Below, piece by piece: positions 10,300 to 19,272 of a stretch of 64,000 nucleotides of DNA. Below the pieces are notes generated by a model. The model worked only from the letters and a program-made list of their open reading frames with translations. It searched no databases and was not told the origin of the DNA. The translations under genes were made by a program, and so were the position numbers. The first letter of the stretch is position 1, and every line of letters starts with the position of its first letter. The stretch is from Spirulina sp. (lineage in GTDB: Bacteria; Cyanobacteriota; Cyanobacteriia; Phormidesmidales; Phormidesmidaceae). The stretch lies in contig JBIPSI010000001.1 in NCBI GenBank assembly GCA_044070495.1, forward strand, positions 128,001 through 192,000, in the 5' to 3' direction.

Positions 10300-13287
10300 A
10301 TGACTCTCCTACAAGACTTACTGACGATCACATTGCGAGAAGACCCCGATCCGGTTCTTCAAAAGTTTGTTGAAACTGTTGTGCCAGCCATGGAACGGGA
10401 ATTTGCGCTAATTTCTGCCCTCGGAGGATCTGAAAATGTACATCACCATCGCCTCAGAGACGATCCTTACAGGGAAGAGAAAAGCGAACGATGGAGCCAG
10501 AGTGCTGACCAAAGTTTACTTGTTCACGTTCTTAACGCCATTTTGACGGCATGGAACCTGCAAAATTTCTTAGATGAGGATAAACAGCTTACCGAAGAAG
10601 AAAAGAATCTTCTATGTTTAGGACTAACCCTCCATGATTACAACAAGTATTGCCAAGGGGAAGAAGAAGACTCTCCGAAAGCCCATGAGGTTGACGAGAT
10701 TTTGAAACTTTGCCAAGACCTTGGAGAAAAGCTAAACTTCTCAGCATTTTGGTCAGAGTGGCAAGACCATCTCAGCGAGATTGGCTTTCTAGCTCAGAAT
10801 ACACAATATAAAGCAAGGACAAATATAGCTTCGGTTAATTGGCCCACCTTCAAAAGTGACAGCCGTCGCTTGAGAAATCCTTTGCGGCCTCTGTTAGCTT
10901 TTGGTGATATTGCAGTTCATATGAGCAACCCGTCAGACATATTGACCACCACTAGAGGTAATCGACTAAAAGAACACCTAGGTTCTCTTCAAATAGACCG
11001 CAAGCTAGTCTACCATCGCCTTCGCGACTGTACTGGGCTACTCAGCAGTGGTATCCATAATGCTGTTCTGCACTTTACTAAAGAACTCGATTGGCAACCC
11101 ATCTTGTTTTTTGCCCAGGGCGTTGTCTATCTTTCACCCCAAGACGCAGAAACCCCAGATCGAGATATCGTTCAGAGCGCCCTTTGGGAGCAAATTCAGA
11201 CTTTGCTAGCGGGCAAGATGCTCAGTGGTGAGATTGGCTTTAAGCGTGATGGCAAGGGTCTAAAGGTTGCGCCGCAAACTCTGGAGCTATTCAGCCCGTC
11301 CCAGCTCATTCGTGGCTTACCTGATGTTATCAAGGCAAAGGTTGGTAATGCTAAGAACCCAGCTACACCAAAGCGTCTAGAATCACTTGGTCTTAGTGAA
11401 GAAGAACTCAAACAATTAGAGCCAGCAGCAGATTTACGGAGTGATCGTTTAGCTGAACTCATCTTTCTAGCCCAGAAAGAGTTTTTTGCAAACGTTCCTG
11501 AGTTTGCCCCGTGGGTACTCAAGTATCTAGGCATTGATCAATCCATAACGCAAGAACAAACACAGGTTCAATCCGGGGGAGTTAACTATGGCTGGTATCA
11601 TGCGGCAGCCCATTATATCGCTGTGGCTGGGGGCAACACACTAGATGACGATCAAACGCAGGAAGTCTTAGAGTCTTTCTCTAATGCCCTTGCAGACTGG
11701 GCGGAAGAGCATGATTTGCTAGGAAGTCATAAAAGCCCAACCCAGGATATTTTTCTAGACTATTTGAACCAAAACCTCGAAGTCTCAGGCTGGCATCAAG
11801 AGACAACTCCTTTTGAAGATGAGTTATCAAGCTATGTCGCTGCCAAAACAAAAGCAGCACGACAACCGATCTGCTCGTTAAGCTCTGGCCAGTTTGCCTC
11901 TGAGGATCAGATGGATTCTGTTGTACTATTCAAGCCGCAGCAATACAGCAACAAAAATCCACTAGGTGGCAGACAGATTAAACGTGGCATCTCTAAAATT
12001 TGGTCGCTAGAAATGTTGATCAGACAAGCTATGTGGGCAGTTCCCGCAGGAAAGCTAGAAGACCAAAGACCTGTTTTCCTCTATATCTTTCCAGCCTATG
12101 TCTATTCACCTCAGATGGCAAAAGCCATTAGGGTTTTAGTCAATGAACTCAAAGACCGCATCAACTTTTGGGATATTCGTAAATTCTGGCAAGAGAATGC
12201 TATGGATATCCAGTCCTTGAGAACGTACCCATGGCTAGACGAGGAAGAAAAATTTGGTCGTTTTTCAGATCTGACGTATGGAGGTAGTAAGCGGAAAGAC
12301 GCTGAAGAAATTGAAAAACGAGATATTCCGTTTGTTGCCGTTACCTACACAACCACACGGGGTAAAACTGTCACCGATGCTTGGATTGAGCCTGCTTTCT
12401 TAGCACTTCTCCTTCCTATACTTTTAGGAGTTAAGGTAGTAGCCTCAACCAGTCCGGCTCCACTCTACAGTAGTGACAGCGAGTTTCGAGAGTCTGTGAA
12501 GCTAGATGGGCCAGCCGGATTTTGGAATTCCTTAGGCTTGCCAGACTCGCTACATCTTGAAGCGTGGATGCAGGGAAGGGTTCAACGATTAGATGAAATC
12601 TTGAATCGGTTATTAATCGCCTATGCCCTTCATCTTGACTGTGAAGGTGATCCACCCGATCCACGCTGGCGGGCCTTTGCGAATACGGTTCGAGACATCA
12701 TGACAGATGTGCTAAATATTTTCTCGCTTGCAGCATCACATTTTTGTGATCTGAAACGAGAACCCTACGCGGAGGAAGTAAGACGTTACTGGAGCTATGC
12801 AAAAATCTGGTCAGAAGGAAATGTTGAGATGCAAGAAAAGTTGAAGATTACCAAGCGTCTTGTGGCTGAATATCGCAGCTTCTATCGAGTCAACCTGAGT
12901 GAGTCTAGCCATGCTATTCTTTTGCCTCTTTCCAAGGCACTAGAATTGATCTTATCTGTTCCAGAAGATTGGGATGATGAAGAACTGATTTTACAAGGTT
13001 CTGGCCAACTTCAAGATGCACTAGATCGACAAAAAGTATATCGGCCTATCTTGTCCGATAAAACTCTTCCTTATCAAGAGCGTAAGATGCAAGAGTTTGA
13101 AGCTATCCAAGCTTTCATGACTACTTGCGTTAATGACTTGTTTGGTGAAATGTGCAAAGGTGATCGTGCTTTGCTCCAAGAAAACCGAAATCGAATCAAA
13201 TCTGGTGCTGAATTTGCCTATCGTTGGCTAGCCCTGCAAGAAAATAAAGCCCAATCTGAAAATCAAAAATCTGAAGGAGAAGAGTAA
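10300..13287 (+). CDS. cas10d: Type I-D large subunit Cas10d/Csc3 with N-terminal HD nuclease
   Basis: DQSLLVHVLN and LTLHDYNK HD motifs, FKPQQYSNK, 995 aa, located between cas3 and csc2. Confidence 0.93.
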   Translation: MTLLQDLLTITLREDPDPVLQKFVETVVPAMEREFALISALGGSENVHHHRLRDDPYREEKSERWSQSADQSLLVHVLNAILTAWNLQNFLDEDKQLTEEEKNLLCLGLTLHDYNKYCQGEEEDSPKAHEVDEILKLCQDLGEKLNFSAFWSEWQDHLSEIGFLAQNTQYKARTNIASVNWPTFKSDSRRLRNPLRPLLAFGDIAVHMSNPSDILTTTRGNRLKEHLGSLQIDRKLVYHRLRDCTGLLSSGIHNAVLHFTKELDWQPILFFAQGVVYLSPQDAETPDRDIVQSALWEQIQTLLAGKMLSGEIGFKRDGKGLKVAPQTLELFSPSQLIRGLPDVIKAKVGNAKNPATPKRLESLGLSEEELKQLEPAADLRSDRLAELIFLAQKEFFANVPEFAPWVLKYLGIDQSITQEQTQVQSGGVNYGWYHAAAHYIAVAGGNTLDDDQTQEVLESFSNALADWAEEHDLLGSHKSPTQDIFLDYLNQNLEVSGWHQETTPFEDELSSYVAAKTKAARQPICSLSSGQFASEDQMDSVVLFKPQQYSNKNPLGGRQIKRGISKIWSLEMLIRQAMWAVPAGKLEDQRPVFLYIFPAYVYSPQMAKAIRVLVNELKDRINFWDIRKFWQENAMDIQSLRTYPWLDEEEKFGRFSDLTYGGSKRKDAEEIEKRDIPFVAVTYTTTRGKTVTDAWIEPAFLALLLPILLGVKVVASTSPAPLYSSDSEFRESVKLDGPAGFWNSLGLPDSLHLEAWMQGRVQRLDEILNRLLIAYALHLDCEGDPPDPRWRAFANTVRDIMTDVLNIFSLAASHFCDLKREPYAEEVRRYWSYAKIWSEGNVEMQEKLKITKRLVAEYRSFYRVNLSESSHAILLPLSKALELILSVPEDWDDEELILQGSGQLQDALDRQKVYRPILSDKTLPYQERKMQEFEAIQAFMTTCVNDLFGEMCKGDRALLQENRNRIKSGAEFAYRWLALQENKAQSENQKSEGEE
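12829..13287 (+). CDS. cas11d: Cas11d small subunit from an in-frame internal start in cas10d
   Basis: AGAAGGA at 12813-12819, then in-frame ATG at 12829 (MQEKLKITKRLVAEYRSFY..., 152 aa); internal translation of Cas11d is established for type I-D. Confidence 0.7.
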   Translation: MQEKLKITKRLVAEYRSFYRVNLSESSHAILLPLSKALELILSVPEDWDDEELILQGSGQLQDALDRQKVYRPILSDKTLPYQERKMQEFEAIQAFMTTCVNDLFGEMCKGDRALLQENRNRIKSGAEFAYRWLALQENKAQSENQKSEGEE

Positions 13288-13289
13288 TC

Positions 13290-14282
13290 ATGTCTGTCCT
13301 CAAAAACCTAAAGCCTGAGTTCCATACAGCTTTCCCTCGTCTTGCTTCTGGCAAGTATGTGCACTTCTTGATGGTGCGTCACAGTCAGTCCTTCCCGGTT
13401 TTTCAGACTGATGGAGTTTTGAACGTAGCCCGTACCCAGGCTGGGTTAGAAACCACGGATAAATTTAGTCGGTTGGTCATGTTTAAGCGCAAGCAAACTA
13501 CTCCAGAGCGCTTGGCTGGGCGCGAACTTTTGCGATCTCTCGGTCTAACCACAGCGAACAAGGAAGATAAGGCCAAATTTTGCGAGTACAATGGCGAGGG
13601 ATCCTGTAAGAAATGCCCCGACTGTATTATCTACGGCTTTGCCATTGGCGATAGTGGTTCTGAACGGTCAAAGGTCTATTCAGATTCGGCCTTCTCACTC
13701 AGTCCCTATGAGCAGTCCCATAAGAGCTTTACCTTCAATGCTCCCTTTGAAGGGGGAACGATGAGCGAAGCGGGTACTATGCGAAGCTCCATTAATGAGC
13801 TTGACCATATTTTGCCTGAGGTTAATTTTCCCACAGTCGAGACTCTAAGAGATCCCACTTATGAAGGCTTTATCTATGTCTTAGGTAATCTGCTCCGCAC
13901 CCGTCGCTATGGGGCACAAGAGTCTCGCACTGGCACTATGACTAATCATCTAGTGGGTGTCGTCTTTACGGATGGAGAAATCTTCAGCAACCTATACTTT
14001 ACCCAAGCACTCTACGATGCCCTCAAAGATGATTTGAGTGCTCCAATTGACATAGTACTTACCAAGGCTCAAGAAGTGGCAGAAATCTTATTGGCCAAAG
14101 AACCTTTGAGAAAGAGTCAGCAAGTCTTTGGAGAGCAGTTGAACCAACTTCTCTCAGAGGTGACAGCAATTTACCAAAATGAAGCTGAGTTGCAGACTAT
14201 TATTGGCAGTTTATACCAGCAAACTCAGACCTATGCTGAAACCTTTGGGGCCAGCTCAGGTAAAAAGGGCAAAGGTAAGTAG
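13290..14282 (+). CDS. cas7d: Type I-D Cas7/Csc2
   Basis: FKRKQTTPERLAGRELLR, CxxCPDCIIYGFAIG, RYGAQESRTG. Confidence 0.93.
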   Translation: MSVLKNLKPEFHTAFPRLASGKYVHFLMVRHSQSFPVFQTDGVLNVARTQAGLETTDKFSRLVMFKRKQTTPERLAGRELLRSLGLTTANKEDKAKFCEYNGEGSCKKCPDCIIYGFAIGDSGSERSKVYSDSAFSLSPYEQSHKSFTFNAPFEGGTMSEAGTMRSSINELDHILPEVNFPTVETLRDPTYEGFIYVLGNLLRTRRYGAQESRTGTMTNHLVGVVFTDGEIFSNLYFTQALYDALKDDLSAPIDIVLTKAQEVAEILLAKEPLRKSQQVFGEQLNQLLSEVTAIYQNEAELQTIIGSLYQQTQTYAETFGASSGKKGKGK

Positions 14283-14302
14283 GCATCTGGGGAAATAATG
14301 AG

Positions 14303-15061
14303 ATGCTTTATCAATGTGATTTAACCCTCCATGACAACGTTTTCTTCGCCACCCGCGAAATGGGAACGCTGTTTGAAACTGAGAAATATCTGCACAACTG
14401 GGCACTTAGCTATGCCTTATTCGAGGGGCAATACTTGAACCGCCCCTACCGATTGCAAGGAGCACACGCCCAAAAGCCTAGCTACCTCGATAGTGGCCAC
14501 GAACAGAGCCTACACCCCTTAAATGAGGCAGGGATTTATGTTTTTCCTGCTCGGCCCTTGCAGTGGTCTTACCAGGTGAATACCTTTAAGGCGGCCCAAG
14601 TTCACTACTACGGCAAATCCAAGCAGTTTGGTGATAAGGGAGCTGACCGCAACTACCCGATTAACTTTGGTCGTGCTAAGGAGTTAGCTGTGGGTAGCAC
14701 TTATCGAACGTATATTGCTGCAACGGATCGATCAGTCTTGCCCACCTGGATGCGGCAGCAGGACGATGACAAACGTCAGACCTGGATTCGTTTAGGAAAG
14801 TGGGCTGCCAAGATCCATATTCGGGCTACTCCTGTAACAGGATTGGAGGAAAGAAAAGGCAAGTTTATTTGTCGTCACCCTCTCAATCCTTTAGATCTGT
14901 TACCTTCTACCGTGTTACTGATTTACAACCGGATTGTAATGCCTCCCGTGAGTTTAGTCAGCCAAGCTCAGTTAGAAGGAGATTATTGGAGACTGCCTGA
15001 TGACACCGACTTACCCATTGGTTCTTACTATGGAGCAAGATACGTTGCCAATGCCTCCTAA
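14303..15061 (+). CDS. cas5d: Type I-D Cas5/Csc1
   Basis: LHDNVFFATREMG..YLHNWALSYA, GRAKELA, WIRLGKW. Confidence 0.92.
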   Translation: MLYQCDLTLHDNVFFATREMGTLFETEKYLHNWALSYALFEGQYLNRPYRLQGAHAQKPSYLDSGHEQSLHPLNEAGIYVFPARPLQWSYQVNTFKAAQVHYYGKSKQFGDKGADRNYPINFGRAKELAVGSTYRTYIAATDRSVLPTWMRQQDDDKRQTWIRLGKWAAKIHIRATPVTGLEERKGKFICRHPLNPLDLLPSTVLLIYNRIVMPPVSLVSQAQLEGDYWRLPDDTDLPIGSYYGARYVANAS

Positions 15062-15839
15062 ATCGACATCCATCTATTCCTTGGTGGTGCTGCTAGGATC
15101 TGCGGGGCAAGGGCAACTACCTAAAACCCTAGGCCGAGCGATTCATGCTCAGGTTTTAGACTGGATGCAAGCTGGGAATCCTGTGATTGCCCAGGTGATC
15201 CACAGTACCCAAACATCCCCCATCAGTCTTTCGGGATTGATTGGAAAACGACGCAAGCATGGTACCCAACCAGATGATGAATTTTACTTCCGAATTAGCC
15301 TGCTAGATGGCGATTTGCTACAGCCTTTGCTAACAGGGATAGATGCGTGGGGAACTAAGCCTATTTCCCTTGGCAAGTTCCCCTTTGTTTGTCGAGGTTT
15401 TGAAGCATTACCTGGTGGACACAAACAAGTTCAAATGGGAGATTATCGTTTGTTAGGAACTACCAGCCCAATCCGTGATGACATTTCGCTAGAATTTCAA
15501 TCACCTACTGCCTTCAAACAGGGCAAAAAAACAATCCAGCCCTTCCCTCTACCGGAACTTGTCTTTGGTAGCCTGCTCCGCCGCTGGAATGCCTTTGCCC
15601 CAGAGGATCTACACTTTCCCCAAATTGAATGGCAGGGCATGGTTTCGGCCTTTGACCTCAAAACCCAGGTGCTGCGGCTGGAAGGTGGCCCTCAAATTGG
15701 CTCTGTAGGCTGGGTGCGCTATCGTTTTCCTGATGCCGAACAAGCCCGCATCGCGTCTATTTTGGCCCAATACGCCTTCTTTGCCGGAGTTGGGTACAAA
15801 ACTACGATGGGAATGGGGCAGGTGCAGCCCTTAACGTGA
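15051..15839 (+). CDS. cas6: CRISPR endoribonuclease Cas6
   Basis: LGRAIHA, FQSPTAFKQG, C-terminal G-loop FAGVGYKTTMGMG; ATG at 15051 overlaps the cas5d stop. Confidence 0.92.
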   Translation: MPPKSTSIYSLVVLLGSAGQGQLPKTLGRAIHAQVLDWMQAGNPVIAQVIHSTQTSPISLSGLIGKRRKHGTQPDDEFYFRISLLDGDLLQPLLTGIDAWGTKPISLGKFPFVCRGFEALPGGHKQVQMGDYRLLGTTSPIRDDISLEFQSPTAFKQGKKTIQPFPLPELVFGSLLRRWNAFAPEDLHFPQIEWQGMVSAFDLKTQVLRLEGGPQIGSVGWVRYRFPDAEQARIASILAQYAFFAGVGYKTTMGMGQVQPLT

Positions 15840-15875
15840 GCATGGAACTACGATTTACCTACGAGGCTATCCACC

Positions 15876-16136
15876 ATGACTATCCAAGACTTAATTGCGG
15901 CTCTTGCCACCTTTGATCCCCAAACGCCCGTTGTCGTCAGTGGGTATGAAGGGGGCTACAACGACGTTAGCTTTGTTCGTCCTCTATCTATCCAGCTTAA
16001 TGTCAATGACAAGTCTTACTACGGTGCTCACGATTGTGTTAAAGGTACTACGGTACCCGATATCCCTTTCACGTCAGTTGTTTATTTAGGTGGGTTTAAC
16101 CCAAACTGCGATAACCCCGAAGACTCTTACCACTAA
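15876..16136 (+). CDS. Small hypothetical protein (phage-like MTIxDLIxxL...GYEGG type)
   Basis: 86-aa ORF with GAGG RBS, co-oriented inside the cas operon. Confidence 0.7.
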   Translation: MTIQDLIAALATFDPQTPVVVSGYEGGYNDVSFVRPLSIQLNVNDKSYYGAHDCVKGTTVPDIPFTSVVYLGGFNPNCDNPEDSYH

Positions 16137-16190
16137 GGCTAACTAAAGCTAACTATTGCCTGAAAGTTTATTACCTTAAGCTTCAAGATT

Positions 16191-16634
16191 ATGCAATCCC
16201 CTTCTCTGACAGAAATTCAATCTAAAATTCCTAGGGTAGTGGAACAAACTCCCTACCTAAAATTGCTTGTGTTGTTTGGGTCTAGAGCAACAGCTAACGA
16301 CACCGAAAACAGTGATTGGGACTTTGCTGTTCTATACGATGAAGAACTGCGCCATCTCTACGAGACAGAAGCATTAGATTGGCTAAGAATTTGGTCTATC
16401 CTCCAAGCAGAGTTTAAACTTTCTGAGCAGCAGATTGACGTAGTCATTCTTAACCAATGTTCAAAAATCTCGGCCCACAATGTGGCTGAGACTGGATTGC
16501 TGTTATATGAAAGCTGCCCAGGCGAGTTTCAGAAATTTCGAGCCAGTCACTTAATGAGTTTATCCGAAAAAGCAGCCTATATCGATGATAAACGAATGGA
16601 AGTTAGGGCAGCTCTAGCCAGGTGGAAAAGATGA
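16191..16634 (+). CDS. mntA: MNT minimal nucleotidyltransferase antitoxin (MntA family)
   Basis: LFGSRA-x7-SDWD (GSx10DxD) motif; IDVVIL; ATGA overlap with the HEPN gene. Confidence 0.9.
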   Translation: MQSPSLTEIQSKIPRVVEQTPYLKLLVLFGSRATANDTENSDWDFAVLYDEELRHLYETEALDWLRIWSILQAEFKLSEQQIDVVILNQCSKISAHNVAETGLLLYESCPGEFQKFRASHLMSLSEKAAYIDDKRMEVRAALARWKR

Positions 16635-17104
16635 GCAATTTGGATGTTCCGGGTGTTCTCAAAAAATTATCCGGCATGGCCAGACGATTTGACACCCTGA
16701 AGCGATACGAGAATATTTCTCTGGAAGACTATCTGCTCAACGAGGATGTTCAAATTATCACTGAGCGGCTACTTGAACTCATTATTCAGGCTGCTATTGA
16801 TATCAATAAAATGTTTCTGAAGCAGCTTGTCAATGTCAGGTTTGTGCCAGATAGTGGACAGCCGCTTACTAATGCAGAAACATTTCGTCTTATGGCCGCT
16901 CACGAATTTATCCCATCCAATCTAGCCGAAGTCCTAGCTAGATCCGGCCAGTTTCGCAATGTTCTAGCTCATTTCTATGACGATATTGATTCTAGGCAGG
17001 TCTATGATGCATTACAAATCACCCTAGATTACTATCCAGACTACATCGAAGCGATTCAAGATCATATCGATAGTCTATTTCATGATTTGGAGGTTAACCC
17101 ATGA
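16631..17104 (+). CDS. hepT: HEPN ribonuclease toxin (HepT/DUF86 family)
   Basis: ERLLELIIQAAIDI and RNVLAHFY (Rx4HxY) motifs. Confidence 0.9.
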   Translation: MSNLDVPGVLKKLSGMARRFDTLKRYENISLEDYLLNEDVQIITERLLELIIQAAIDINKMFLKQLVNVRFVPDSGQPLTNAETFRLMAAHEFIPSNLAEVLARSGQFRNVLAHFYDDIDSRQVYDALQITLDYYPDYIEAIQDHIDSLFHDLEVNP

Positions 17105-17373
17105 CCCAAGCCAAAGTCGTCAGCGTTAACGACCAGCGACAGATCGATCTTCCCGAAGACATTCTCCAGACCCTCAATCCAGGGGATGAATATTTGGTCT
17201 GGCAAACCGGAGATAGCATTTTGCTGCAAAAAATCCAAAAACCCTCTGCCTTTGAGGCCTTGCTGGCAAAGGTGGACGCCCTAGGCCCCGACCCCGACCA
17301 ACTCAGCATGGACGCCCTTACGGCCTTGGTTAAGGACGTGCGCCGCCAACTACCCCAAACAACCAATAACTAA
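17101..17373 (+). CDS. AbrB/MazE-like DNA-binding protein
   Basis: VVSVNDQRQIDLPEDI..LNPGDEYLVWQTGDSILLQKI swapped-hairpin pattern; ATGA overlap with the HEPN gene. Confidence 0.65.
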   Translation: MTQAKVVSVNDQRQIDLPEDILQTLNPGDEYLVWQTGDSILLQKIQKPSAFEALLAKVDALGPDPDQLSMDALTALVKDVRRQLPQTTNN

Positions 17374-17408
17374 TAACCAATAACCACCCCCCAATAACCA
17401 ATAACCAA
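17359..17408 (+). repeat. Heptamer tandem repeats (AACCAAT-type) before cas4
   Basis: AACCAAT AACTAAT AACCAAT AACC..CCAATAACCAATAACC ending just before the cas4 ATG. Confidence 0.9.
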
Positions 17409-17409
17409 A

Positions 17410-17985
17410 ATGCCCGACGACTACCTTCCCCTGGCCTACCTCAATGCTTGGGAATATTGCCCGCGCCGATTTTACTTGGAATACCAGCTCGGTGAAATGG
17501 CCGACAACGAACACATCATCCTCGGTCGTCACCTGCACCGAGTGGTAGACGACGAAGGCCAACAATACGAGGGCGATACCCTCATGCGCCGCCATCAGTG
17601 GGTGTGGAGTGATCGCCTTCAGATCAAAGGCATCATCGACCTAGTTGAGCAACGGGACGATCAACTCGTGCCCGTAGAATTCAAAAAAGGCACGATGGGC
17701 CGCCACCTCAGCGATCACTTTCAGCTTTGTGCCGCTGGGCTTTGCCTAGAAGAACGCACGGGCCAAGCCATCTCCCACGGCGAAATTTTTTACCATAGCA
17801 ATCGGCGACGGCAGCAGGTACCCTTTACCCCGGAACTGAGAACGGCGACGGAGCAAGCCATTGCGGCAGCCCATGCAGCTCTAGAGACATCAATTCCCAA
17901 GCCAATCACCCATAAACGCAAGTGTCAGGCATGCAGTTTACAGAATATTTGTTTGCCGTTTGAGGTGGATTTTTTGGGGGGATAG
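17410..17985 (+). CDS. cas4: CRISPR-associated exonuclease Cas4
   Basis: YCPRR, GIIDLV..PVEFKKG, QLCA, KCQACSLQNIC Fe-S cysteines. Confidence 0.95.
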   Translation: MPDDYLPLAYLNAWEYCPRRFYLEYQLGEMADNEHIILGRHLHRVVDDEGQQYEGDTLMRRHQWVWSDRLQIKGIIDLVEQRDDQLVPVEFKKGTMGRHLSDHFQLCAAGLCLEERTGQAISHGEIFYHSNRRRQQVPFTPELRTATEQAIAAAHAALETSIPKPITHKRKCQACSLQNICLPFEVDFLGG

Positions 17986-18238
17986 TTATTTGTTATTTGT
18001 TATTCGTTGTTTGTTATTCGTTATTCGTTATTTGTTATTCGTTATTTGTTATTCGTTATTTGTTATTCGTTATTTGTTATTCGTTATTCGTTATTCGTTA
18101 TTCGTTATTCGTTATTCGTTATTCGTTATTCGTTATTCGTTATTCGTTCCTAGCAACCAACAACCAGTAACCAACAACCAGTAACCAACAACCAGTAACC
18201 AACAACCAGTAACCAACAACCAGTAACCAACAACCAAC
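17985..18238 (+). repeat. Bipartite heptamer array: 23 x GTTRTTY, hinge GTT-CCTAGC, 12 x AACCAAC/AACCAGT
   Basis: Read directly; fills the whole cas4-cas1 intergenic region up to the cas1 ATG. Confidence 0.95.
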
Positions 18239-19216
18239 ATGCCTACTCTTTATGTCACTCAACCCGACGCTGTTTTAAGTAAGAAGTACGAAGCTTTTTC
18301 CGTTGCTCTGCGCCAGGAGGATGGTTCTTGGCAGAAGCGATCTGTTCCGGCCCAGACGGTGGAGCAGGTGGTGCTGATGGGCAATCCCCAAATCACAGGC
18401 GATGCGCTGACCTATGCACTGGAGTTAGGGTTGCCCGTCCACTACCTAACCAGTTTTGGTAAATATTTGGGTTCGGCGTTGCCGGGGCATTCTCGTAATG
18501 GGCAGTTGCGGCTGGCTCAGTATGCGCTTTATTTGGATGCTGAGAAGCGGCTGGCTCTGGTGAAGAACATTGTGGAGGCCAAAATTCATAACCAATTTGG
18601 CGTTCTCTATCGCCATGGGCAGCGGGATAACCCTCTTAAGGCTCGCAAGAAGGCAGCCCAGCAGCAATCGACGCTGGACAAGGTGCGCGGCATGGAAGGG
18701 CTGGCGGCACGGGAATACTTTGCCTGCTGGCCCGCCATGCTGAAGCACGACTGGGGCTTTTCAGGCCGCAACCGTCGTCCGCCCAAGGATCCGGTGAATG
18801 CCCTGCTGAGCTTTGCCTATGCCCTGCTGCGGGTGCAGGTGACGGCGGCGGTGCATGTGGCAGGGCTGGATCCCTACGTGGGTTATCTCCATGAGGTTCA
18901 CCACGGTCAACCCGCCCTGGTGCTCGATTTGATGGAAGAATTTCGTCCGCTGATTGCCGATAACCTGGTGCTGGCAGTACTCAACAACCGCGAGATTCAG
19001 CCCAAAGACTTTACCGAAAGCCTGGGAGCCTACAATCTCTCTGACGCTGGCCGTAAAGCTTTTCTCCAAGCCTTTGAACGCAAAATGACCGATGAATTCA
19101 AGCATCCGGTCTTTGACTACCGCTGTTCTTACCGTCGTGCGATCGAACTTCAGGCTCGTCTGCTTAGTCGTCATTTACAAGAAGATATTCCTTATAAACC
19201 TCTGATGTTGCGGTGA
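18239..19216 (+). CDS. cas1: Type I-D Cas1
   Basis: RGMEGLAAREYF, RNRRPPKDPVNALLSFAY, GYLHE, LDLMEEFRP. Confidence 0.96.
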   Translation: MPTLYVTQPDAVLSKKYEAFSVALRQEDGSWQKRSVPAQTVEQVVLMGNPQITGDALTYALELGLPVHYLTSFGKYLGSALPGHSRNGQLRLAQYALYLDAEKRLALVKNIVEAKIHNQFGVLYRHGQRDNPLKARKKAAQQQSTLDKVRGMEGLAAREYFACWPAMLKHDWGFSGRNRRPPKDPVNALLSFAYALLRVQVTAAVHVAGLDPYVGYLHEVHHGQPALVLDLMEEFRPLIADNLVLAVLNNREIQPKDFTESLGAYNLSDAGRKAFLQAFERKMTDEFKHPVFDYRCSYRRAIELQARLLSRHLQEDIPYKPLMLR

Positions 19217-19220
19217 GGGG

Positions 19221-19257
19221 TGTTGGTTATTGGTTATTGGTTATTGGTTATTAGTTA
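19221..19257 (+). repeat. Heptamer tandem repeats (TATTGGT-type, 5 units) after cas1
   Basis: TGTTGGT TATTGGT TATTGGT TATTGGT TATTAGT; reverse complement of the ACCAATA tracts. Confidence 0.9.
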
Positions 19258-19272
19258 GGGGGGGTGTGGGGT

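Noticed and set aside
17960..18184. 74-aa ORF of LFVIRYS repeats
   Set aside because: Direct translation of the heptamer tract; no RBS or other support.
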